From Alphaproteobacteria bacterium (GTDB lineage: Bacteria; Pseudomonadota; Alphaproteobacteria; UBA8366), in contig JBFWNZ010000001.1 in NCBI GenBank assembly GCA_050250795.1, positions 1 through 41,144 on the forward strand: DNA of 41,144 nt. The letters are read 5' to 3'. Below, piece after piece: positions 1-10,244 of this stretch. The notes beneath the pieces are model-generated. The model did no database searches. It had not been told where the DNA came from and saw nothing but the letters and a program-made list of their open reading frames with translations. Positions within the stretch are counted from its first letter, which is position 1, and every line of letters starts with the position of its first letter. A program made the translations under genes and the position numbers.

Positions 1-1136
1 TCGACCAGTCCGGCCGCCGTCATGCCCAGCACATCCACCGGCACCGCGCTGCCCGTCGTATCGGGCCGCAGGTGACGGCGCATCGCCTCGACAAGGTCGC
101 GGCGATGCGCCTTGTTCCGCATCGAGATGAAGTCGATCACGATCAGCCCGGTCAGGTTCCGCAGCACGATATGGCGTGCCGCCTCCTCCGCCGCCGTCCG
201 GTTGAGGGCGAATATCTGGGCGTCGGTGCGGCTCTGGCCGCGGCCGACGCCGCCGCGATCCGCCTCGCCCATGTTCACGTCGATGGCCGTCAGCGCCTCG
301 GTCTCGTCGAAGACCAGGGTTCCCCCGCCGGGAAGCGCGGCCCGGTGCGCAGCCGCCGCCTCGACCTGCTCTTCGACGCCATGCGCCTCGAACAGCGGGG
401 TCGCATCCGCATGCAGGGTCAAGGCGCCGGACAGGTCCGGCATCGTCTCCGATATCGTCGCGGCCAGCGCGGACACGACGCGCCGGTCGTCGCAGAGGAT
501 GCCGACCGCACCCTCCGCCTCGGCCCGGTCGCGCAGCACCCGCTCGGCCAGACCGGGCGCGGGCAGCAGAACGGCACCGGGTTTGACCGAAGCACCCTCG
601 GTGCGGATCGCTTCCCAAGCTGCGCGCAACCGGACCAGTTCCGCCGTCAGCACCGCTTCCTCGACGACCGCCGATGCCGGTCGCAACGTCAATCCGTCCT
701 CCGGCTCCGCATGCGCGGCAACCCAGGCTTCGAGCGCCTCACGCCGCTGGCCGCCCAGCCGGCGAGACAGCGTCACGCCCGCCCGGCCGGGCTGGATCGA
801 CAGATAGCGCCCGGACAGGACCGGCGATTGCGTCAGGCCCGGCCCCTTGCCGCCCGCGGCATCGCGCACGATCTGGACCGCCAGCCGCTTGCCCTGGTTC
901 AGCCCGCGGGCACGCGGGATGAGACCCGATTCGCCGCCGCCCAGATCGATGAAGGCCCCCGTCGCATCGACCCGCGCAACCCGCCCGGCCACCACCTCGC
1001 CGACCCGGCTCGGCCGCGACATGCGGTCGACCAGCAGCTCATACAGCGCCTGCCGGCGGCCGTCGCCGCGCAGGATGGCGACCCGCGTCTCACCGGGCGA
1101 AACCTCGATCAGGATGTCCTGTGTCGTGCCACTCAC
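1..1136 (-). CDS. rng: Ribonuclease E/G family protein (RNase G-like), 5' part only. The gene runs off the left edge of the window.
   Basis: My own minus-strand translation from a GTG at 1136 gives VSGTTQDILIEVSPGETRVAILRGDG...VGEVVAGRVARVDATGAFIDLGG (S1 domain). Further on it gives ALTAIDVNMG and LTGLIVIDFISM, which are RNase E/G catalytic-core motifs. The GTGA overlaps the maf stop. The gene is absent from the ORF track because it is open-ended. Confidence 0.75.
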   Translation of the reverse strand, partial: MSGTTQDILIEVSPGETRVAILRGDGRRQALYELLVDRMSRPSRVGEVVAGRVARVDATGAFIDLGGGESGLIPRARGLNQGKRLAVQIVRDAAGGKGPGLTQSPVLSGRYLSIQPGRAGVTLSRRLGGQRREALEAWVAAHAEPEDGLTLRPASAVVEEAVLTAELVRLRAAWEAIRTEGASVKPGAVLLPAPGLAERVLRDRAEAEGAVGILCDDRRVVSALAATISETMPDLSGALTLHADATPLFEAHGVEEQVEAAAAHRAALPGGGTLVFDETEALTAIDVNMGEADRGGVGRGQSRTDAQIFALNRTAAEEAARHIVLRNLTGLIVIDFISMRNKAHRRDLVEAMRRHLRPDTTGSAVPVDVLGMTAAGLV

Positions 1137-1735
1137 CAGCAATACCCCGCCCCGCGAAGAAGTTGCGCCACCTCGAACAGCGGCAGGCCCACGACATTGC
1201 TGTAGGAGCCGTTGATATCGACCACGAACGCGGCCGCCCGCCCCTGCACCGCATAGCCGCCGGCCTTGCCGGCCCATTCGCCGCCGGCGAGATAGCCCTC
1301 GATCTCGGTCCGGTCCAGACGCTTTACGGTGACGGTCGTGCGGACCGTTCGTTGAAGAAGCCGCCCGCCGGGACACAGCAGCGCAACGCCGCCATAGACC
1401 CGGTGCCGCCGGCCGGAGAGCAGCGCAAGGCAGCGCCGTGCGGTCTCCGCGTCCTCGGCCTTGGGCAGGATGCGCCGGCCGCAGGCAACCACGGTATCCG
1501 CCGCCAGGATGAAGCTATCCGGATGGCGTCCGGCGACCGCCGCGGCCTTGGCAACGGCCAGCCTAGCCGCATGGGGGGCGGGCAATTCGTCCTTGGCCGG
1601 CGTCTCGTCGATATCGGCCGGATCGACGGCGTCGGGACGAATGCCGATCTGCGCCAGCAGATCGAGCCGGCGCGGCGAGGCGGAAGCCAGGATGAGGCGG
1701 CGATCGGTCGCCGCGGGGAGCGGCGCGTCGGACAT
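1133..1735 (-). CDS. maf: Maf-like nucleoside triphosphate pyrophosphatase (septum formation protein Maf)
   Basis: 200-aa ORF. LILASASPRRLDLLAQIGI... and the C-terminal GAYAVQG-type motif (GGYAVQGRAAAFV) are typical of Maf. It sits in the conserved infA-maf-rng context. Confidence 0.9.
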   Translation of the reverse strand: MSDAPLPAATDRRLILASASPRRLDLLAQIGIRPDAVDPADIDETPAKDELPAPHAARLAVAKAAAVAGRHPDSFILAADTVVACGRRILPKAEDAETARRCLALLSGRRHRVYGGVALLCPGGRLLQRTVRTTVTVKRLDRTEIEGYLAGGEWAGKAGGYAVQGRAAAFVVDINGSYSNVVGLPLFEVAQLLRGAGYCW

Positions 1736-1746
1736 CGCGGCGCCGC

Positions 1747-1965
1747 TTACTTGAACCGGTACGTAACCCGGCCCTTGGTCAGGTCGTATGGGGTGAGTTC
1801 GACCGTCACCCGGTCGCCCACAAGAACGCGGATGCGGTGCTTGCGCATGCGTCCGGAGGTATGCGCGAGAATTTCGTGCCCGTTATCCAGCGCCACGCGG
1901 AACATCGCATTCGGCAGCACTTCGCTCACCGTGCCTTCCGCCTCGATCAGTTCTTCCTTGGCCAT
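1747..1965 (-). CDS. infA: Translation initiation factor IF-1
   Basis: An internal Met of ORF 1747..2064 gives [72 protein letters not shown], a canonical 72-aa IF-1. Confidence 0.95.
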   Translation of the reverse strand: MAKEELIEAEGTVSEVLPNAMFRVALDNGHEILAHTSGRMRKHRIRVLVGDRVTVELTPYDLTKGRVTYRFK

Positions 1966-2068
1966 ACCCTCTCCCTGGCTTCCCGCGAGCCCGCAGCAGG
2001 ATGCGGAGCGCCGCTCGTATACGCAAGCATTCTGATACCCTTGTTCCGCCGCGTCCGCATCCATGCGG

Positions 2069-2509
2069 TCACGGTTTCGGCTGCGGCGGGAACCGCGCCA
2101 CGATCCGCCGCATCAGGTCGTCGCGAACCTGCCGGAAGGCGTCAATCTGAGCCTCGCGGCTGCCCTCGACGAAGGTGGGATCGAAGGTGTGCCAGAATTC
2201 GACCTCCACCGCCATAACCCGCGTAAGTTCCAGCGCACGATGATGCGCTTCGGGCGACAGGGTCACGATCAGGCCGAAACTGCTGTCCTCAAGATCGTCG
2301 AAGGTCTTGGGGCGGTGCCGCGAGACATCCAGCCCGATCTCGTCCATGACGAGCAACGTGAAGGGATGGATTTCGGCCCGCCGCAGCCCGACAGAATCGA
2401 CATAGATACGCCGCCCATGCAGGTGCTTGAGGATTGCCTCGGCCATCGGCGAACGGATCGCGTTGTGCGTGCAGGCGAACAGGACCGCATGGGGAAGATC
2501 GTCTCGCAT
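2069..2509 (-). CDS. Low-molecular-weight phosphotyrosine phosphatase / ArsC-like family protein
   Basis: 146-aa ORF with the CX5R(S/T) P-loop CTHNAIRS near the N-terminus ([16 protein letters not shown]). Confidence 0.8.
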   Translation of the reverse strand: MRDDLPHAVLFACTHNAIRSPMAEAILKHLHGRRIYVDSVGLRRAEIHPFTLLVMDEIGLDVSRHRPKTFDDLEDSSFGLIVTLSPEAHHRALELTRVMAVEVEFWHTFDPTFVEGSREAQIDAFRQVRDDLMRRIVARFPPQPKP

Positions 2510-2527
2510 CGCCGCCCGCGACCGCCA

Positions 2528-3025
2528 TCAGCCCCGGATATGCAGAACGCAGACGAGCGTGAAAAGACGCCGCGCGGTTTCGCTATCCACCTCGATCTTG
2601 CCGGCGAGACGTTCCATCAGGCGGTTCGAGCCCTCGTTGTGCAGGGCGCGCCGGGCCATGTCGAGGGTCTCGATCTGCGACGGCGACAGCCGCTTGATGG
2701 CGTCGTAATAGCTTTCGCATATCTGGAAGTAGTCGCGGATCGTCCGCCGGAACGGCGTCAGCGCAAGCACCACCGCGCGCAAGGGCGTGCCGTCGGCATC
2801 GCGGATGTCGAACACCAGCCGCCGCAAATCCTCCACGCGCAGATGCAGCGTATAAGGTCCGCTCCCGACGCCGAGCGGCACAAAGCGGTTGCGTTCCAGG
2901 ATGTCGTAGATCGCCACCGTACGCTCGTGCTCGACCTCGGGACTGCGCCGGACCAGCGTGCGCTCATCGAGCCGGATATCGACGATGCGCTCCGCCGAAT
3001 CGGGCCCGGAGGAGCGCGTCGACAT
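2528..3025 (-). CDS. UPF0262 family protein
   Basis: DIRLDERTLVRRSPEVEHERTVAIYDILERNRF matches the alphaproteobacterial UPF0262 family usually found just downstream of hisD. I chose the start at the internal Met (MSTRSSG), whose ATG overlaps the hisD TGA (ATGA at 3023-3027). Confidence 0.8.
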   Translation of the reverse strand: MSTRSSGPDSAERIVDIRLDERTLVRRSPEVEHERTVAIYDILERNRFVPLGVGSGPYTLHLRVEDLRRLVFDIRDADGTPLRAVVLALTPFRRTIRDYFQICESYYDAIKRLSPSQIETLDMARRALHNEGSNRLMERLAGKIEVDSETARRLFTLVCVLHIRG

Positions 3026-4320
3026 CAGCCCAGCCGGACAGCGACCGAGAGCGCGTGCGCGCCTAACCCTTCGGCCTCGGCCAGCGCAACGGCGGCCGGC
3101 CCGATGCGGCCCAGCCCGGCCGGGTCGCAACCGACCAGCGTCGTCCGCTTCATGAAGTCGAGGACGCCGAGACCGGACGAGAACCGGGCGCTGCGCGAGG
3201 TCGGCAGGACGTGATTCGGCCCGGCGACGTAATCGCCGACCGCTTCGGGTGTGTGCCGTCCGAGGAAAATGGCACCGGCATGCCGGACCTTGGCCGCCAG
3301 CGCCGCCGGATCGGCGACCGCCAGTTCGAGATGCTCCGGCGCAATCCGGTCGGCCAGCGCCGCGGCGGCACCCAGATCGGGGACCAGGATGATGGCGCCA
3401 TTATCCGCCCAGCTGACGGCCGCGATCTCCTTGCGGTCGAGCCGCGCCAGGGTCTGATCCACCGCGGCCTCGACCGCCGTGGCAAAAGCCTTGTCGTCGG
3501 TGATCAGGATGGACTGTGCCGCGGTGTCGTGCTCGGCCTGGGACAGAAGGTCCGCCGCGATCCAGTGCGGATCGTTCTCCGCATCCGCGATCACGAGGAT
3601 TTCCGAGGGCCCGGCGATCATATCGATGCCGACCCGCCCGAAGACACGGCGCTTCGCCGCCGCGACATAGGCATTGCCCGGCCCCACGATCTTGTCCACC
3701 GGCGCGACGGTCGCGGTACCGTAGGCCAGCGCCCCCACCGCCTGCGCGCCGCCGATGCGATAGATCTCGCGCACGCCGGCGATCCGGGCCGCAGCAAGCA
3801 CCAGCGGATTGACCCGGCCGCCCGGCGTCGGCACCACCATCGCCAGACGCGGCACCCCGGCCACGCGGGCCGGAATCGCATTCATCAACACCGAGCTGGG
3901 ATAGGCGGCCGTGCCGCCCGGCACATAGAGGCCGACCGCGTCGAGCGGCGTCCAGCGCATGCCGAGATGGATGCCGTCGGCATCCGTATAGGAAAAGTCC
4001 TGGGGAAACTGCCGGCGATGGAACGCTTCGATCCGGTCGGCCGCTTTCTGCAAAGCCGCCAGCGTTTCAAGATCGCAGGCCCCTGTTGCCCCCTCGACCT
4101 CGCCGTCGGAGAAGCGCAGCGTCTCGACCGTCAACTCGCGGCGGTCGAACCGGTTGGTGTACTCGACCACGGCCGCGTCGCCGCGGGCCTCGACATCCGC
4201 CAGGATGTCGCGAACCGTCGCATCGACATCCTCCTCGAATTCCCGCTTGGCCTCCAGAAACGCGGCGAAGGCTGCGGCAAAATCCGGTGCCGACGCATCC
4301 AGCCTACGCGGCATCCGCAA
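3025..4320 (-). CDS. hisD: Histidinol dehydrogenase
   Basis: 431-aa ORF with typical HisD length and motifs ([30 protein letters not shown]). Confidence 0.95.
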   Translation of the reverse strand: MRMPRRLDASAPDFAAAFAAFLEAKREFEEDVDATVRDILADVEARGDAAVVEYTNRFDRRELTVETLRFSDGEVEGATGACDLETLAALQKAADRIEAFHRRQFPQDFSYTDADGIHLGMRWTPLDAVGLYVPGGTAAYPSSVLMNAIPARVAGVPRLAMVVPTPGGRVNPLVLAAARIAGVREIYRIGGAQAVGALAYGTATVAPVDKIVGPGNAYVAAAKRRVFGRVGIDMIAGPSEILVIADAENDPHWIAADLLSQAEHDTAAQSILITDDKAFATAVEAAVDQTLARLDRKEIAAVSWADNGAIILVPDLGAAAALADRIAPEHLELAVADPAALAAKVRHAGAIFLGRHTPEAVGDYVAGPNHVLPTSRSARFSSGLGVLDFMKRTTLVGCDPAGLGRIGPAAVALAEAEGLGAHALSVAVRLG

Positions 4321-4975
4321 CCTCGCGGAACCGGTCGATCCAGCCCCCGATCTCGTCGGGCCGCGTCTTGAATGCGGTGCGATTGACGATCAGCCGGCTG
4401 GACACCTCGGCAATGGTCTCGACCTCGACCAGCCCGTTCTCGGCCAGGGTGCGCCCCGTGGATACGAGATCCACGATCCGGCGGCAGAGCCCAAGCGTCG
4501 GCGCCAGTTCCATCGCACCGTTCAGCTTGATGCATTCCACCTGAACGCCGCGGGCGGCGAAATGGCGGCGCGTCACGCCCGGATACTTCGTCGCCACGCG
4601 GATATGGCTCCAGCGGCTCGGATCGTCCGTCTGCGACAGTTCCTTCGGCGCGGCAACCGCCAGCCGGCAGCGCCCGATCTTGAGATCGACCGGCGCATAA
4701 AGCTCGGGATAGTCGAATTCCATCAGCACGTCGCGGCCGGCCACGCCGATATGCGCCGCGCCGAAGGCGACGAAGGTCGCCGCGTCGAAGCTGCGCACGC
4801 GGATGACGGAGATATGCGGATGGTTGGTCGCAAAGCGAAGCTGGCGTGAATCCGGATCGTCGAACGCAGGCTCGGGCTCGATACCGGCCTTGCGGACAAT
4901 CGGCATCACCTCGCGCAGGATACGACCCCGCGGCAAGGCCAGAATCAGCGGCTCATTGGGGCTGACGGCACCCAT
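4304..4975 (-). CDS. hisG: ATP phosphoribosyltransferase, short form
   Basis: 223-aa ORF with [11 protein letters not shown] at the N-terminus, a short HisG(S)-type length, and a 17-nt overlap with hisD. Confidence 0.9.
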   Translation of the reverse strand: MGAVSPNEPLILALPRGRILREVMPIVRKAGIEPEPAFDDPDSRQLRFATNHPHISVIRVRSFDAATFVAFGAAHIGVAGRDVLMEFDYPELYAPVDLKIGRCRLAVAAPKELSQTDDPSRWSHIRVATKYPGVTRRHFAARGVQVECIKLNGAMELAPTLGLCRRIVDLVSTGRTLAENGLVEVETIAEVSSRLIVNRTAFKTRPDEIGGWIDRFREVADAA

Positions 4976-5082
4976 CCCAAACGCTCCCGATCAAATCGCG
5001 CGCCCTTATGACACAGGAGCCGGGATTTGGCCATCGCGCGGCAGCGCCGCACGTCCGATCCGGAAACAGCCCTAGCCCGATA

Positions 5083-5247
5083 TCAACCCTGGCGCCACAC
5101 GCTGGTGGCCTTGCAGCGCTTGCACACCCGCTCGCCGGCCCACTCGCTCTCGAACCGGTCCCCGCACATCAGGCACTTCCTGTGGCGATGGATATGCACC
5201 TGCTTGGGCTTGAATGTCTTTCGTGCCGTCGCGTTTCTTCCACTCAT
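5083..5247 (-). CDS. Small zinc-ribbon protein (54 aa), conserved-hypothetical type
   Basis: My own translation gives MSGRNATARKTFKPKQVHIHRHRKCLMCGDRFESEWAGERVCKRCKATSVWRQG. It has two CxxC pairs and is below the 60-aa cutoff of the ORF track. There is no strong SD, and an alternative in-frame ATG lies at 5256. Confidence 0.45.
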   Translation of the reverse strand: MSGRNATARKTFKPKQVHIHRHRKCLMCGDRFESEWAGERVCKRCKATSVWRQG

Positions 5248-5372
5248 GTCGCACATATGGGGAACGAAGCCCGAAAATCAAGGATTGGGCCGTGAGCGGG
5301 CACGCGGCTGTAGACGCGTCGCAGAACCCGGGCGATGCTGTGCGGAAGAAGAGCAACGGGAGGATTTCCGGG

Positions 5373-6332
5373 ATGGATTTCGGCTTCAGCGTGCCGACGC
5401 GCGGCCCCCAGGCGACGCGCGAGGCCATCGCCGCCTTGGCCCAGGCCGGCGAGAAGCAGGGCTATGCCTATGTCAACGTCAACGACCATATCGTCGTCCC
5501 CAAGACCATCGGATCGACCTATCCCTACTCGGAAAAGGGCGACTGGCCGGGCGGGCGGTTCGGCGAGGCGCTCGAGCAGTTGACGGAGCTGGCGTTTCTT
5601 GCCGCAGTGACCGAGCGTATCCGCCTGCTCACCGCCGTCATGGTGGTGCCGCACCGCAGCCCGGTCCATTGCGCCAAGATTCTGACGACCATCGACGTCC
5701 TGTCCGAAGGCCGGCTGACGGTCGGCTGCGGTGCCGGCTGGATGAAGGAGGAGTTCGAGGCCCTGCAGGTTCCGCCCTTCGAGGCGCGGGGCCGGGTGGT
5801 CGACGAATATCTGACCGTCTTCAAGAAGATGTGGACCGAGCCCGCGCCGACGGTGGAGGGCGAGTTCGTCTGCTTCGCCAATGTGTCGGTGCTGCCGCTG
5901 CCGGTGCAGAAGCCGCACCCGCCGCTGTGGATCGGCGGCGAAAGCCTGTCGGCGCTGAAGCGTGCCGTGCGGCTGGGCGAGGCCTGGTTCCCCATCGGCA
6001 ACAATCCGAAATTCCCGATGGAGACGGCGGCCCAATATGCGGCGCGGCTGGAGATCCTCAAGCGGTTGCTGGGCGAGGCCGGGCGCGATCCGGCGACCCT
6101 GACGCTCGCCTATGCTGCGCAATGGAGCAAGCTTGGCGAGGAGGTCAAGACGGCCGAAGGCGGGCGGCGCCTGTTCACCGGCAGCGCCGAAGCCATCCTC
6201 GACGATATCGGCCGCTTCGGCGAGTTGGGCGTGCGGCACCTGCTGCTGAACTTCCAGTCCCGCGACCTGTCCGAAACCCTCGACAAGATGCAGGCCTTCA
6301 CCGATCAGGTGATGTCCAAGGCCGCGGCATAG
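5373..6332 (+). CDS. LLM-class (luciferase-like) flavin/F420-dependent oxidoreductase, TIGR03619-like
   Basis: The start is an internal Met (MDFGFSVPTRGP) preceded by GGGAGGA at 5358-5364. Motifs DHIVVP, VVPHRSP, GRLTVGCGAGWMKEEFEAL and HPPLWIGGES are present. Confidence 0.85.
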   Translation: MDFGFSVPTRGPQATREAIAALAQAGEKQGYAYVNVNDHIVVPKTIGSTYPYSEKGDWPGGRFGEALEQLTELAFLAAVTERIRLLTAVMVVPHRSPVHCAKILTTIDVLSEGRLTVGCGAGWMKEEFEALQVPPFEARGRVVDEYLTVFKKMWTEPAPTVEGEFVCFANVSVLPLPVQKPHPPLWIGGESLSALKRAVRLGEAWFPIGNNPKFPMETAAQYAARLEILKRLLGEAGRDPATLTLAYAAQWSKLGEEVKTAEGGRRLFTGSAEAILDDIGRFGELGVRHLLLNFQSRDLSETLDKMQAFTDQVMSKAAA

Positions 6333-6343
6333 GAGGCTTCACC

Positions 6344-7303
6344 ATGCAGTTCGGATTCCGCATCCCGATCCGCGGGCCTCTCGCCAACCGCGCCGACATC
6401 GCCGCCGTCGCGAGGGCCGGCGACCGGCTGGGCTACAAGCTGGTCACAGTCAGCGACCATATCGTCGTGCCGCAATCCATCGCCTCCACATACCCCTATT
6501 CCGAGACCGGCGAGTGGCCGGGCAGCACTTTCGACGAATCCATCGAACAGCTGACCCTGCTCGCCTTTCTGGCGGGGGTGACGGAAACCGTGCGCCTCGT
6601 CCCGGCCGTGATGGTGGTGCCGCATCGCAGCCCGCTGCATTGCGCCAAGGCGCTGACCACCATCGACCTGCTGTCCAAAGGGCGGCTGACGGTCGGCTGC
6701 GGCGCCGGCTGGATGCGCGAGGAGTTCGAGGTGCTGGGCGTGCCGACCTATGACGACCGCGGCACCCTGGTCGACGAGTATCTGAACGCCTTCAAGAAAG
6801 TCTGGACCGAGGACACGCCGACCGTCGAGGGCAAGTATGTCCGCTTCTCCGGCGTCTCCGTCCTGCCGCATCCGGTGCAAAAGCCGCACCCGCCGCTGTG
6901 GATCGGCGGCGAGAGCGGCCCCGCGCTGCGCCGCGCGGCACGCCTCGGCGACGGCTGGTTCCCGATCGGAAACAATCCGAAATTCCGGCTGGAGACGCCG
7001 GACCTGTATCGCGCCCGCCGCGACACGCTGTTCGGATTGCTTGAGCAGGCAGGCCGCGACCCGAAGGACTTCACGCTCGCCATGTCGGCACAGTGGAGTA
7101 CCTACGGAAAGGAGCAGAAAGGACCGACCGGCGGACGGCGCATCTTCACCGGCAACGCCGATGACTTCCTTGAGGACACCGCAACCTTCGGCGATCTCGG
7201 CATCACCAGCGTCGTGATCAACTTCCAATACCCGACGCGCAGCGAGACGCTGGAGCGGATGCAGGCATTCGCCGAGGAGGTGATGGCGAAACTGCCGGGC
7301 TGA
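6344..7303 (+). CDS. LLM-class flavin/F420-dependent oxidoreductase, tandem paralog of 5373..6332
   Basis: MQFGFRIPIRGP... with AGGAGG at 6331-6336. It is collinear with the upstream paralog and shares the same motifs (DHIVVP, VVPHRSP, GRLTVGCGAGWMREEFEVL). Confidence 0.85.
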   Translation: MQFGFRIPIRGPLANRADIAAVARAGDRLGYKLVTVSDHIVVPQSIASTYPYSETGEWPGSTFDESIEQLTLLAFLAGVTETVRLVPAVMVVPHRSPLHCAKALTTIDLLSKGRLTVGCGAGWMREEFEVLGVPTYDDRGTLVDEYLNAFKKVWTEDTPTVEGKYVRFSGVSVLPHPVQKPHPPLWIGGESGPALRRAARLGDGWFPIGNNPKFRLETPDLYRARRDTLFGLLEQAGRDPKDFTLAMSAQWSTYGKEQKGPTGGRRIFTGNADDFLEDTATFGDLGITSVVINFQYPTRSETLERMQAFAEEVMAKLPG

Positions 7304-7310
7304 CGGCGGG

Positions 7311-7742
7311 TCAGTCCGGCGCGTGCTGCGGCCGGCGCAACGCCGGCCAGGGCTCGTCCATATCCTCCAGCACGCAGTCCAGCGCCGCCACCTCGAGCTG
7401 GATCGCCGCCCCCTCGGCGAAATGCAGAATCGCGGACCCCGCGTCGTGGGCGATGGCCAGCAACGACAGGACGCGTCCCGGCCGGCCGCGGTCGATGCCG
7501 CGGAAGCGCGCCTGCCCGACCCCCTCGAAGCGCAGGCCGGCATGCACGCGCTCGCCCTCTGCGGCGGAACCGGCCTCGGCTTCCCAGCGGAATCGATTGA
7601 CGGCGAGAACGAAGCGCTGCGCCTCGGGCAGATAGGCGATGTCGTGCACCGCGACCAGCGCATCCTGCACCAGCGCCGAGATGACCGCCAAGTCCTCGAC
7701 GTCCCTGGCGCGCAGGCGTAGCGGTGCCGGCGCGGCGTTCAT
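7311..7742 (-). CDS. DUF2948 family protein
   Basis: 143-aa [50 protein letters not shown] resembles DUF2948, which typically lies next to murA in alphaproteobacteria. An ATGA overlaps the murA stop. Confidence 0.75.
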   Translation of the reverse strand: MNAAPAPLRLRARDVEDLAVISALVQDALVAVHDIAYLPEAQRFVLAVNRFRWEAEAGSAAEGERVHAGLRFEGVGQARFRGIDRGRPGRVLSLLAIAHDAGSAILHFAEGAAIQLEVAALDCVLEDMDEPWPALRRPQHAPD

Positions 7743-9016
7743 CCCCCGCCCTTCACCCGTTCGATGGCGGCGCCGCAGGCCGCCAGCTTCGCCTCGACAC
7801 GCTCATAGCCACGGTCCAGGTGATAGACGCGGTTGACCATGGTCTCGCCCTCGGCGGCGAGCCCCGCCAGCACCAGCGAGACCGAAGCGCGCAAATCCGT
7901 CGCCATGACCGGCGCCCCGGTCAGGCGCCGCACGCCGCGCACCATGGCGGAACCGCCATGCAGATTGATGTTCGCACCCATCCGCATCAATTCGGGCACA
8001 TGCATGAAGCGGTTCTCGAAGATCGTCTCCGTGATCATCGACGCGCCGTCGCAGACGGTCATCAGGGCCATCATCTGCGCCTGCAGATCGGTCGGAAAAC
8101 CGGGATAGGGCTCGGTCATCACGTCGACGCCGGTCACCCGCTCGCCCTTCGCGCGAACCCGCAACCCCTTCGCGATGTCCGTCACCTCGACGCCGGACGC
8201 CTCCAGCGTCTCGATCATCGCCCCCAGGCAGCGCCGGTCGGCACCCGCCAGCGTGATGTCACCGCCGGTGATCGCGGCCGCGATGGCATAGGTGCCCGTC
8301 TCGATACGATCCGAGATCACGCGATGCGTCGCGGCATGCAGGCGGTCGACGCCCTGAATCGTGAGCGTGTCGGTTCCCACGCCTTCGATCCGGGCGCCCA
8401 TCGCGATCAGGCATTCGGCAAGGTCCGACACCTCGGGCTCGCGTGCAGCGTTGACCAGCCGCGTCTCGCCCTTGGCGAGCGTCGCGGCCATCATCAGGTT
8501 CTCCGTCGCCCCGACCGAGACGAAGGGGAACACGACCTGTCCGCCCGTCAGCCCCTTCGGCGCACGCGCCTCGATATAGCCGCTCTCCAGCTCGATTTCC
8601 GCGCCGAGCTGCTGCAACCCCTTGAGATGCAGATCGACCGGCCGCGTCCCGATGGCACAGCCGCCGGGCAGCGAGACCCGCGCCACCCCGACCCGCGCCA
8701 CCAGCGGCCCGAGGACGAGCACGCTCGCCCGCATCTTGCGCACGAGATCGTAGGGCGCCGTGGTCTCGCGAATCTCCCGGGCGGACAGCGCCAGGGTCCG
8801 GGCGCCGTGATCGCCGTTCATCTCGACATGCACGCCAAGCTGCACGAGCAGATTGGCGAGGGTCGAGATGTCGCCGAGATAGGGCAGATTCTCCAGCGTC
8901 AGCGTCGCATCCGTCAGCAGGCTCGCGGCCATCAACGGCAGGGCGGCATTCTTCGCCCCGCTGATCGGGATGGTGCCTTCGAGGCGCCGGCCGCCCTGGA
9001 TGCGGATACGGTCCAT
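7739..9016 (-). CDS. murA: UDP-N-acetylglucosamine 1-carboxyvinyltransferase
   Basis: I chose the start at [34 protein letters not shown], giving 425 aa. The active-site loop region [16 protein letters not shown] is present. The longer ORF to 9337 is an N-terminal artefact. Confidence 0.95.
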   Translation of the reverse strand: MDRIRIQGGRRLEGTIPISGAKNAALPLMAASLLTDATLTLENLPYLGDISTLANLLVQLGVHVEMNGDHGARTLALSAREIRETTAPYDLVRKMRASVLVLGPLVARVGVARVSLPGGCAIGTRPVDLHLKGLQQLGAEIELESGYIEARAPKGLTGGQVVFPFVSVGATENLMMAATLAKGETRLVNAAREPEVSDLAECLIAMGARIEGVGTDTLTIQGVDRLHAATHRVISDRIETGTYAIAAAITGGDITLAGADRRCLGAMIETLEASGVEVTDIAKGLRVRAKGERVTGVDVMTEPYPGFPTDLQAQMMALMTVCDGASMITETIFENRFMHVPELMRMGANINLHGGSAMVRGVRRLTGAPVMATDLRASVSLVLAGLAAEGETMVNRVYHLDRGYERVEAKLAACGAAIERVKGGG

Positions 9017-9117
9017 ACCGGATGTCTCGCGCGGTTGTGCCTTGATGCCGTTGTCGAGAGAGACGTCGTCCCGGGGTGCCATGCAAGTCCTTCTTCTGCC
9101 GTGCGCCGGTGCGCCTG

Positions 9118-9672
9118 TCAAAGTTTGGGCAGCGTCACGCCGGTCTGCTTCATGTATTTGCCGCCCCGGTCCGCATAGGACACCTCGCACGGGCTGTCGC
9201 CCTTGAGGAACAGGAACTGGCATGCGCCTTCGTTGGCGTAAATCTTGGCCGGCAGCGGTGTCGTATTCGAGAATTCCAACGTCACATGCCCTTCCCATTC
9301 CGGTTCCAGCGGCGTGACGTTCACGATGATGCCGCAACGGGCATAGGTCGATTTGCCGAGACAGATCACCAGCACGTCGCGGGGAATGCGGAAATACTCG
9401 ACCGTCCGCGCCAGCGCGAACGAGTTCGGCGGAATGATGCAGACCTCGGTGTCGCGTTCGACGAAACTCGCCGCCGAAAACGCCTTCGGATCGACGATGG
9501 CGTTGTCGACATTGGTGAAGATGCGGAATTCCCGGGCCGCCCGCGCGTCGTAGCCATAGGAGGACAGACCATAGGAGATGGTGCCCTCGCGATGCTGCCG
9601 GTCGACGAAGGGATCGATCATCCCCGTCGTCTGCGCCATGTCGCGAATCCAGTGGTCGGGCATTACGGACAT
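9118..9672 (-). CDS. dcd: dCTP deaminase
   Basis: [13 protein letters not shown]...[23 protein letters not shown]...[25 protein letters not shown] is a typical 184-aa Dcd. An alternative start lies 12 nt upstream at 9684. Confidence 0.9.
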   Translation of the reverse strand: MSVMPDHWIRDMAQTTGMIDPFVDRQHREGTISYGLSSYGYDARAAREFRIFTNVDNAIVDPKAFSAASFVERDTEVCIIPPNSFALARTVEYFRIPRDVLVICLGKSTYARCGIIVNVTPLEPEWEGHVTLEFSNTTPLPAKIYANEGACQFLFLKGDSPCEVSYADRGGKYMKQTGVTLPKL

Positions 9673-9765
9673 CGGCCGCTCCATCCGGCGCGGTCGCGCC
9701 CGCGCGACCGCCGCATCGATATTTAGTAGCCGATGGAGGTGTTACCTACAAGGCAGGCCTGCGGC

Positions 9766-9939
9766 TTATTTATGGCGCGCCCCGCCGGACTCGGGATCGT
9801 CGTCGCGGGCCCGGCTCTGCGCCTTGCGTTTCTGGAGGTTGCGCCGAAGCTGTTCCGCCTGCCGCCGCTGCCGCTCGGCCTTTGCCGCTTCGCCGGCCGC
9901 CGTGAGCGTCGGCCGCCGATGCTCGTCCCGCCCCGCCAT
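9766..9939 (-). CDS. Small basic hypothetical protein (57 aa)
   Basis: My own translation gives MAGRDEHRRPTLTAAGEAAKAERQRRQAEQLRRNLQKRKAQSRARDDDPESGGARHK. A GGAGG sits 5 nt upstream of the ATG (plus-strand cctcc at 9945-9949). The ORF is below the track cutoff. Confidence 0.4.
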   Translation of the reverse strand: MAGRDEHRRPTLTAAGEAAKAERQRRQAEQLRRNLQKRKAQSRARDDDPESGGARHK

Positions 9940-10065
9940 TTCGCCTCCGTGAGTCGCACTCGCGTCACGGCGCGATCCTGCCGACGCGATTGCGGCAGCG
10001 CAAGACCGCGCACCTTCCTTGCAGGCCGCGCGTCACTGTGGCATACACCCGCCCGCGCATCCGGC

Positions 10066-10140
<75 letters not shown>

Positions 10141-10244
10141 TCTTTCCCGATATCCCCGCCGCATGACATACCCGCAATTGCCCGGACTTGTGCCACGCCG
10201 GGACGGCGCTTTAGGGTGAGGCTGGGGAGACACCGAAGGGTGCG

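Noticed and set aside
72-1205. 377-aa plus-strand ORF (and the nested ORFs 112..807 and 674..922)
   Set aside because: It is Arg/Pro/Gly/Ala-rich and low in complexity, and it lies antisense to a clearly recognisable RNase E/G coding sequence on the minus strand. This is a typical high-GC shadow ORF.
5027-6343. N-terminal 439 aa of the 758-aa ORF 5027..7303
   Set aside because: Only the last 319 aa (from the ATG at 6344, which has an AGGAGG SD) are LLM-like. The upstream part is out of frame with, and overlaps, the first LLM paralog, and it has shadow-ORF composition.
9017-9337. 107-aa N-terminal extension of murA (ORF start at 9337)
   Set aside because: MurA homologs begin at MDRIRIxGG. 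The extension is Arg-rich and would overlap the 3' end of dcd.
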